Origin: Octopus sinensis
Taxonomy: Eukaryota
DNA: 64,000 nt
Assembly (NCBI RefSeq): GCF_006345805.1
Contig: NC_043003.1
Span: 18,910,001 to 18,974,000 of the forward strand
Direction: 5' to 3'
Part shown: piece after piece, positions 54,998 through 64,000 of the stretch
Layout of the letters: every line of letters begins with the position of its first letter
Numbering within the stretch: position 1 is the stretch's first letter
Position numbers and translations under genes: made by a program
Notes under the pieces: model-generated
What the model was told of the DNA's origin: nothing
The model's input: the letters and a program-made list of their open reading frames with translations, nothing else
The model's database searches: none

Positions 54998-55459
54998 TAT
55001 TTCAGTACATTTGCCATAAAGGCAGTACATAGAGTAAAGTAGCTTTGCAGGCTGGACAAGGACATTAATGAAATGAATGGTAATGAAAGAAAGATGATAA
55101 GGATGGGAGAAGACAAAAAGCGCCTGCTTCTCTAAAACATTGTTCTTTAAAACCAATCACAAAACGAGGTACAACTTTTACAACTTTTCAATTTTTGGAC
55201 TTAACAGTCCATTACAAACAACAACATAGTTCAATAATTACATATAATATAAATACAATACACAAAGCCCCTCCTCCCAGACCTGGCTTACACTTACCTT
55301 AGGAATGCGCCAGCTCTAGGTCGGGGCCCCTCAAGTTGTATCTAAACATGTCCTTTGAGGTGTTCATTACCCTGACCATAGCAACATCCGATATGATCTT
55401 CGTAGTCACCTGCGAAGGCCACTCCTCATCCCCCATCCAGGGCATGGGCTCCTCCCTCC
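54998..55459 (-). mobile_element. 5'-truncated retroelement, diverged sibling of 55476-57553
   Basis: 16-bp TSD gggaagcaagcttctt (54982-54997, 55460-55475); ORF end ..EPMPWMGDEEWPSQVTTKII..FRYNLRGPDLELAHS* (stop 55299-55301); ends in AATAAA at the junction. Confidence 0.8.
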
Positions 55460-55475
55460 GGGAAGCAAGCTTCTT

Positions 55476-57553
55476 TATTTTATCAAATTAGCCATGGAGA
55501 CCTTACACTTACATAAAAATCAACAAGTCAATCAAACATAAAAAATACACTATCACTTTTCCCTTCCTCCTCTTTCCGGACCTCCAGTCAAATATCTAGC
55601 TGCCTGTAGAGCAGACCACGTTGACAGCTGGGGAGTTCAGAAAGAAAGCGAAGTGCCTATTATCAAATGTTTGTGTCACACAGTGCCACAATTTATAACT
55701 CACCCTCAAAATAACTTGTGCCCGCATCCTCTGCCATCCTCCACGCCTCTTTCAAAGCCGAATCGAGTTCCGTGTCAGCATTGCCCAGGTACAAGCGATA
55801 TTCCTCATTGAGCCCCTTCAGCCCAAACGTCACGTCAAACGTTATGGCCTCCACAGCTATCTGAGAAGGCTATTCGGGGTCCTGTGTGAAGGCTAAAGGT
55901 GCTCCCTTATGGTGCTTTTCCATCTCCTTTTCAATTTCTCCGCCTTTATAGAAGAAGATCAATACATCATCTTCCTCTGGGGGCGGGATACCCAATTATT
56001 TCATTGGTGGCACAGTTCCCACCAACGGTGTTTCTTCTCCTGCCAGTAGCACAACCCCAACCGACGTTATTCCGGGACATTCCGGTACTATGTCCCGTTT
56101 CTCTTCCTCTTCCTCTTTTTTTCTTTTCAACAGAGGGAGGGTGCGTCTCCTCCGTGGCCGGAAGATTCGCCTTCATTCCTCATCCCTAGGATCATTCGGT
56201 GAGCACCCATTGTTGCTCACCTTCTTCCTCTTACGGCCCCTGTTTGAGGAGTCCTCTGCTTCCTCGGCCGCCTTCATTCCCTCTTCTACAGGGGTCTCAC
56301 TCAACTGCTCCGGGACCTTATTTTGTTCCCGGGGACAGTTTTTCTTTATATGGCCAGACTCCAGGCACCGATGACACCTGGGGGGGAAACCCTCAAGTAT
56401 CACTGGGTACCTGCACCCAGCCATTTAAAAAAAATCTGGAAAAACCAGATTGGCTGATTGGGTCCAAAGGGTCAAAACAGCTTTTGACCCAACCCAATCA
56501 GCCACAGGAAGAACTTTCACATTAAGAAGCTTGGTCCCGCTGCCACCCAGACCCCGGCGGATAGTCTCCTCTATCCACTTGGGTTTTATCCCGGGTGGCA
56601 ACCCGCAGACCTAAGCTTTCATCAACCTCTTTCCATAATACATGGGAAGGAACAAAATTTCCTCACCCTCCAAGGGTTGACTAGCAAATTTGTGAGCCTC
56701 TTCAGGGGTATCAAATAGCAACCAAACCGTTGCATATCTGAAACCCCTGGAAATTAATTTAATTGTTGGCAAATACTCTGCCAACTTCTTTTCAATTGCC
56801 GTCTTTTCGAATAGGGCGATGGTGTTGAGTGACTTGGAGTAGGTTCTCAACACCACTGTCCTATCTTCATGGTCTTTCAACCACTTTTTAGGCGGTATAA
56901 TCTCCCACTCCAAAATTTTGTCTTTTTTCATTGCCATGTTTCTTTTTTTTTTTTTTGAAATATATTCAAAATAAAACTTAAAAAGCGAGAAGAAAAAAGA
57001 AATCAAAAGAAAGTCACAATAAACAAAAAGGAGAAAGTCAAATAAAGTTTAGAAGAAAGTCAATAGCTCAGGAACACAGCAAAAAAATCTTCCGGCCATT
57101 TGGTACTCCCGGCCTAGGTTGAACCCGGAATGCCACAACTGGAACACAACTTCCACAAAAATTGATATACAAATTGTTCAATCTTCGGAGGCAAAACACT
57201 CCCCCAAACAGCAGTTCTCACAATTATTAAAGTTCTTCAAAAGGCACAATACAAGCAATAATTCTCATAATTAAGTGAGAAAAACATAAACCGAAGACGA
57301 ATACATCCCCAAACAAAAATTCTCACAATTCAGTGAGAAAAATTATTTGCCCCATGTCGGCAGAACTAGAATTCTGAATCCAGTAGGACTTCCTGCCTGT
57401 ACAAAAACAATTCTCAACAAAAATTCCCACTGGACCCAAAAAACAGAATCTTACCTTACAATGGAGCTTCAAAATTTTTCAATTCGAGACGGCTTCAAAA
57501 GCATATCTCACCTCTTTGGTGCCGAACACCACAATTATTCGCACATACGCAGT
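55476..57553 (-). mobile_element. ~2.1-kb ORF1-only non-LTR element (Tx1/L1-like ORF1)
   Basis: 15-bp TSD (55461-55475, 57554-57568), ~615-nt 5' UTR, single disrupted ORF, ~215-nt 3' UTR ending AATAAA; no EN or RT sequence seen. Confidence 0.8.
55693..56937 (-). pseudogene. Disrupted gag-like ORF1: RRM-like N-terminus, CCHC knuckle, unknown C-terminal domain
   Basis: MAMKKDK..VWLLFDTPEEA..*VCGLPPGI.., CHRCLESGHIKKNC (56335-56376); in-frame stops at ~56612, ~56426 and ~55871, plus frameshifts between 56180 and 55990. Confidence 0.8.
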
Positions 57554-57606
57554 GGAAGCAAGCTTCTTACCACACAGCCACCCCTGCACCTATATACATA
57601 CAAGTG

Positions 57607-57820
57607 AAGGTGGCAAGCTGGCAGAAACGTTAGAATGCTGGGCAAAATGCTTAGTGGTATTTCATCTGTCTTTACATTCTGAGTTCAAATTCCGCCTAGG
57701 TTGACTTTGCCTTTCATCCTTTCAGAGTCGATAAATTAAGTATCAGTTGCATACTGGGGTCAATCTAATCGACTGGCCTCCCTCCCCAAATATTTTGGGC
57801 CTTCTGCCTAGAGTAGAAAA
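57607..57820 (+). mobile_element. SINE family B
   Basis: Family consensus. Confidence 0.85.
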
Positions 57821-58733
57821 GTATATACATACAAGTGTCTTTCAGTTTCCATCAACCAAATTCACTCAGAAGTCTTTGGTCAACCTGAGGCTACAGTAGA
57901 AGACACACACCTGCCCAAGGTACCAGACAGTGAGACTGAACCTGGAGCCATGTGGTTGGGAAGCAAGCTTCTTACCACACAGCCAGTTTCTCCCTTTATG
58001 GTATGTGTATATTTCTGAAAGTGCTTGCATGTCTGTGTGTGTGATTGCCTCTGGTACCAAAATACATTGTCACCAAAACATATTGAATGTCCAATCGGCC
58101 ATACCAAATCATCACCATCCTAACATCTATATCCGATCCTCTCATTCCAACCAGACCATCTGTGGAGTTAATTTGGTTAAGGAATTTTTATGGCAGAGGC
58201 CTTTGAAGTTTTGTTGACGTTAAATGAAACGACATTGCTTTCACTGAAGGTCTGATAGGTATAAACCTTTGGTGACTGGCATATGGGTGCTAGTTTCAAG
58301 TAGCTCTGCTCTATAGAAGCTATACCTGCTTGTGATTACTGAGGAAGGCGAGAAAATCAAGGTGATTGCTAGTAAGGAGTTTCGTTCCTGTTGGTATGTG
58401 GAACAAGAATGTGGTCAGACAAATGGATCTTTTTGGAGACAAGACACATTGTAGTGGGTCCCCTTAGATTGGAATAAATTTCTGGAGAGAGAGAGAGAGA
58501 CAGAGAGACAGAGAGAAAGAGAGACAGAGACAGAGACAGAGAAAGAGGTGGCAATTCACAGGCAGAGTCCACCTCAGTTTCTTCTAATTATTTCAGAGAA
58601 ATAGTCAAATGATTATTTTCTTAAAGTCATTTATATATTCTTCAACTACATCACAAACTAAATCCACTCTTTAGAGACAATAACATCAGAAGATGATGCG
58701 AAAAAAAGGATTTTGATCTATTTAATGTTTTCC

Positions 58734-59020
58734 TTATTACCTCCACCTTCACTAAGGTATTGTTTTCAGTTGTGTTTGATTGTTTGTTTGTCTGTGGACA
58801 AGATATCTCGAGTACCACAGGATGGATTCAGATGAAACTTTCAGGGATATTTAGCCTTATGTCTGGCACAGACCAATTAGATTTTGGGGTCAATCCAGTA
58901 CCAGACAAGGATTCTGAATTATTTTTCCTGTTTTTTCACTTAATTTTTAAGAGCGACCAGGTTCATTTTTAGTATTCTCATTTGTGAGAGCAGTCAAGTT
59001 TATTTCAGATATTCTCATTT
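58734..59020 (+). mobile_element. Helentron/DINE-1-like non-autonomous element
   Basis: ttattacctccacc..aggtattgttttc..(gttt)n gtctgt..ggatggattcagatgaaactt layout typical of such elements. Confidence 0.5.
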
Positions 59021-59405
59021 TAATAGAGAATATTGCTAAAAAATAGAAGTCACAAAATACTTCTGTACAACTGAATAGTCACAAATCTATTACATACATG
59101 ACAGGAAAAAATATCAGTGAACAATAATAATGTCTTACCTCTACTGGGTCAGAACAAGTAAATGCTGGTCAACTTGGTACCAGTTTCGAAATTTAGCACC
59201 AAATAGGTGTCCGATTGATATTTTCCTATCATGTCTGTAATAGATTTGTGACTATTCGGTGGTACAGAAGTATTTCTTTACTTCTATTTTTAGCGATATA
59301 AGTACTCATGTAGTACCCTTGTGTATATATGCACATATCGAATATTGTATGTATATATTTTATTAATTTGCCTGTACTGTTATATATATATATATATATA
59401 TATAA

Positions 59406-59812
59406 CAAGCACAGGAGTGGCTGTGTGGTAAGTAGCTTGCTTACCAACCACATGGTTCTGGGTTCATTCCCACTGCATGGCACCTTGGGCAAGTGTCTTC
59501 TACTATAGCCTTGGGCCGACCAATGCCTTCTGAGTGGATTTGGTAGAAAGAAATTGAAAGAAGCCTGTCATATATATGTATACATATATATATGTATGTG
59601 TGTGTATATGTTTGTGTATCTGTGTTTGTCTCCCCAACATCACTTGACAACCAATGGTGGTGTGTTTACATCCTTTAACTTAGCGGTTTGGCAAAAGAGA
59701 TTGATAGAATAAGTGCTTACAAAGAATAAGTCTTGGGGTCGATTTGCTCGTCTAAAGGTGGTGCTCCAGCATGGCTGCAATCAAATGACTGAAACAAGTA
59801 AAAGAGTAAAGA
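59406..59812 (+). mobile_element. SINE family A
   Basis: Full consensus. Confidence 0.88.
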
Positions 59813-59818
59813 GAGAGA

Positions 59819-60158
<340 letters not shown>

Positions 60159-60989
60159 CACCACACACACAGGTACCACTTAAAAAGCACCTGTGCTAGT
60201 GCAGCATAAACACACCCGTGGCAGTGACATGTAAAATGCACCCAGCACTCTCTGTGAAGTGGTTAGCATTAGGAAGGGCATCCAACCATAGAAACTATGC
60301 CACAACAGGCAGTTGGAGTCCAGGCAACTCCCTGGTAGCCAGCTCCATGTCAAACCATCCATGCCAGTATGGAGACCAGATGTTAAATGATGGTGATAAT
60401 AATGATGTCTATACACGCACACACATGATGGGCTTCTTTCAGTTTCTGTCTGTTAGATTCATTCACAATTGTTTGGTTGATAATAAAAGACATTTGCACA
60501 GAGCACAATGCAGCTGGACTGAACCTGAAATCACATGGTTAGTAACCACATATTCATGCTTGCATACGCGCACATGTGAATTAGTTGTAAGGATTTAAAC
60601 TGAACCTAGGCATATCAACATGTAGGATGTCACAAATGGCTTGGTACTATAACATTAAGTTCACAGATAAACAACAATGATATTACCACATTGGTAGGAA
60701 TACTGTAGATATGTAAGTACCAAATCCAATTTAAACTGTAGATCTGACTCAGTGTTGGTTCCAGGTATAAAAAGAAAACATGAATGGCATTGTGTGTATA
60801 TGTGTGTGTGTATGCTTCAAAGTATTGTTCAAAGAACACTTAAAAAATACAATTCAGCTAAATCAAAAATAGAATGAGAAATGCTGGAGACAAAAACCAA
60901 AAGCAAACTTCAAAACAAGCAAACACTTCTTTTAACATATTTTCAAAATATTTCACATTTTGATTTAGAACCATTATTTTCATCATTTA

Positions 60990-61540
60990 TTGGGTTGTCC
61001 GGAAAGTTTGTGCTTACCTTTCGACTTATTTTAGAACATGGTTGAGTCCATAAAATAGGATTTGACTACACCTCCATTTAGAGCACAGTTTAAGCTATCT
61101 TTTCGCGGAAGAAGGTTTATGTTCCTATAACCTGTATTAATTCTATAACCCTTTAAAATGGAAGATAAGAAAGTTCATTTCGGCACTTTATGCTTTGGGA
61201 ACCAGTCAAAAATTGCTGCAGCTCGGCTGGGATGTGTTACCCCACCCTCCATATTCACCAGATATTGCTCCTTCAGATTTCCACTTATTCAGGTCTCTGC
61301 AGAATAGTCTTAATGGTAAAAATTTCAATTCCTTGGATGACGTAAAAAGATACTTTGATGAATTGTTTGTCATGAAACCACCTCAGTTCTGGGAAGAGGG
61401 TATTTTCAAGTTAAAGGAAAGATGGAGATGCATTGTGCTACAAAATGGTTCATAATTGGTTGATTAAAAATTTAATGGCAAGTATTTATTGACCTTTTTC
61501 TTTCCTTTAAAAATCGGCACAAACTTTCCGGACAACCCAA
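60990..61540 (+). mobile_element. Internally deleted mariner transposon
   Basis: TIRs ttgggttgtccggaaagtttgtgc / gcacaaactttccggacaacccaa, TA TSD; MEDKKVHF start fused to the C-terminal LGWDVLPHPPYSPDIAPSDFHLFRSLQNSL..ERW. Confidence 0.95.
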
Positions 61541-61817
61541 TAGATTTTGTTACTGGTGTTGCTGATTATTAGTTAAGATAATATACATATTGTTACTATT
61601 GTGCAAAAGTGTTTAAGTCCAAAATGTTGCTTTTTCAGAAAATGGAAAAAGTTTCACCATTCCATAGCAAAACTGTTGTACTAACCTTTGACAATTTTTG
61701 ATATCTTGGAATCTGAGGCAGCTGGAGATATGATAGTTTGACCAAGCAAAAATAAATATCGAAAAAACGCATTTGGCCAAATTTGGACATATGACAGTTT
61801 AACATATTAACAACGAT

Positions 61818-62142
61818 ATGCTGAAACTCCCTTTGGTCCTGACTGACTGTGGGATTGCACCTAGAAAGTTACCCTCCCAGGCACAAGTCCGGGCAAGGTT
61901 GTTTATGGAAGACCAGCAGTTGCCCATTCATACCAGCCTCTCCTCTCCATGCCATCAGCCTCATCCAAGAGAAAGGCAAAGGCCGATACAGCTTGGCACC
62001 AGTGACGTCGCAACTCACTTCTACAGCTGAGTGAACTGGAGCAATGTAAAATAAAGTGTCTTGCTCAAGAAGACAATGCACCACCCGGTCCAGGAATCGA
62101 AACCACAATCTTACAATCATGATGCTGACATCCTAACCACTA
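61818..62142 (-). mobile_element. tRNA-derived SINE (further family)
   Basis: Minus-strand head agtggttaggatgtcagc..ggtttcgattcctgg, then cttgagcaagacactt..ttgctccagttcactcagctg; related heads at ~46605-46900 and 51257-51500. Confidence 0.75.
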
Positions 62143-62260
62143 GTACCAGGCTTTAAAAAATAAGTTCTGGGGTCAATTTAATTAAATGAAACCTTTCAAA
62201 GCAGTGCTCCAGTATGGCTATAGTAAAAAATAACTAAAACAAGTAAAATATAAAAGATAA

Positions 62261-62660
62261 ATAGGTGCAGGAATGGCTGTGTCGTAAGTAGCTTGCTTAC
62301 CAACCACATTGTTCCAGGTTCAGTCCCACTACGACACCTTGAGCAAGTGTCTTCTAATATAGCCTCGGGCCGACCAAAGTCTTGTGAGTGGATTTGGTAG
62401 ACGGAAACTGAAAAAGTGCAACGTATATATATATGTATGTGTGTGTGTGTGCATATGTTTGTGTGTCTGTGTTTGTCCCCACCAACATCACTTGACAACT
62501 GATGCTGGTGTGTTTACGTCCCCGTAACTTAGTGGTTCGGCAAGAGAGACTGATAGAATAAGTACTAGGCTTACAAAGAATAAGTCCTGGGGTCGATTTG
62601 CTTGACTAAAGGCGGTGCTCCAGCAAGGCCACAGTCAAATGACTGAAACAAGTAAAAAAA
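62261..62660 (+). mobile_element. SINE family A
   Basis: Full consensus. Confidence 0.88.
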
Positions 62661-62979
62661 AAATGTATATACAGTATATCTTGTGTTACAGTTAGATGTA
62701 CTAATGCTACTGCTGAGCTTACTACTGTACTTAGCTGTACTACTGGTTATGATATACAGAACAAACGTAGGAGAAATTATGATAAACACAAGCTTATATC
62801 ATTTGTTCCCTATGTACATTTCACCACTGTGGTTATTGGCAATTTCTGCATTGGTTGTTTTATAGGCAATTATATGCTGACCCACATCAGATCATCAGGG
62901 GAACACTTTATTGCATTTTGTTACAGATCAAATGCCAAAAGGCCAATGAATACTGTGTTGTTTATCATAATTTCTCACA

Positions 62980-63592
62980 TATATTCTGGTGCAGCCACTG
63001 AGGAGGGCTATAAATTTCATTATTGAAGCTGTGGAGAAGGCTACTAGGTGGATAAAGAGAGCAGACCAGTGGTTTACTACTACTGGGGTGCAAGCTGGTA
63101 CTTGATCAACCCTGGCTGGGGTCGACACGGTGATGGGAGTCTGATGTTGAAAGACCTGTAACTCTTTGAGGCCCCAGAAACAAGACTGATGATGCATCCC
63201 AAAAAGGTGGTTATGTGGAAACTGACTGTGCTCTGGGAGAAACAGATAAAAGAAGCTCAAGAGAAGTTTGCCAAATACCAGGAACTGGTAGAGCGGTGCA
63301 GGAGTCAGGACTGGCAGGCATGTTGTGAGGCAACAAAAGTGGGCTGTTCATTCTAGAAAGCTCTAATTGGGTTTGGAATTACTGATGCAGTAAAGAGGAG
63401 GGCTAAAAATTCCACCATTTAAGATGCAAGGAAGACCACTAGATGGCTTGGATGAAGAAGACAGACCAATTGTTTGTTGCTACTGGGAAGTATACTGGGA
63501 TCAATTCCAGCTTGGTCAACTGGGCAAGGGGCCAAATATTGAAACACCTGTAACCCCTAAGACCCCAGAAACATCACTAACAATGCATCCCA
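62980..63592 (+). mobile_element. Two tandem 3' fragments of a Hero-clade (restriction-like endonuclease) LINE
   Basis: EAVEKATRW..KRADQW plus 3' UTR (to 63200), then VVMWKLTVLWEKQIKEAQEKFAKYQELVERCRSQDW..KVGC plus a second homologous 3' UTR ending atgcatcccag. Confidence 0.8.
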
Positions 63593-64000
63593 GATCACCT
63601 ACAACTATATATGTACTGACTTCATCTTAACTTTTCATTGATTTCACTTTATTTTTCATTGATTTCCCTCTATTTCTATTTTCATTTTTCGGATCTTTTC
63701 GGTTTGAACGGCAGTTTTTTAAAAATAACTTCCACGTAACTAAACACTTTTAAACTTTGTATACTGGTAGAATGTGTTTATAAAACATCTTTCTCTCTTG
63801 GCTTTATTGAGAAAATTCTATAGTTTGTAAGATATTTGTTGTTTTTTTTCCTTCAATTTCTGCAATTTCAACCAATCAATGACGTCTATTGAGGTGAATA
63901 CATTCTGTGCTGTATGAATATTTCACTCGTTTAAGAAACAGATTGGGTATATTTACATTTGTGAAGAAAAAAAGATACCCCCCCAACCCTAAAACAGATT

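Larger units (their letters stand above)
54588..57593 (-). mobile_element. SINE family A split in its tRNA head by two retroelement insertions
   Basis: Tail and body at 54588-54997; the head resumes at 57554-57593 (ggaagcaagcttcttaccacacagccacccctgcaccta). Confidence 0.9.

Noticed and set aside
63670-64000. Possible start of another DNA element or telomere-like sequence (aaccctaa)
   Set aside because: Truncated by the window end, with a single motif only; cannot be classified.

Overview
AT-rich eukaryotic genomic DNA, most likely an octopus (inferred from dense tRNA-derived SINE families, RTE-type (GAT)n-tailed repeats and very long (TA)n tracts). One host gene is supported: a 5-exon TMEM183-family gene with an F-box-like motif (+ strand, ~22258-37664, ~352 aa; exon 1 uncertain). 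The rest is mostly mobile DNA: several SINE families, RTE, CR1/L2-group and Hero LINE remnants, two solo LTRs, a deleted mariner, a mariner MITE, Helitron/Helentron-like pieces, fold-back elements and a 42-bp minisatellite. Top observations: (1) two diverged members of an apparently ORF1-only, target-site-specific retroelement stacked in the tRNA head of a SINE, with the 15-16 bp target present three times (54982-57568); (2) hammerhead-ribozyme motifs in Penelope-like repeats (51790-52743; 6397-6760, which also has a tRNA-type pol III head); (3) a TSD-flanked LINE 3' end carrying an open C2H2-finger frame (45490-45831). All calls were made by eye; repeat boundaries are approximate and family names rest on recalled motifs, not database searches.
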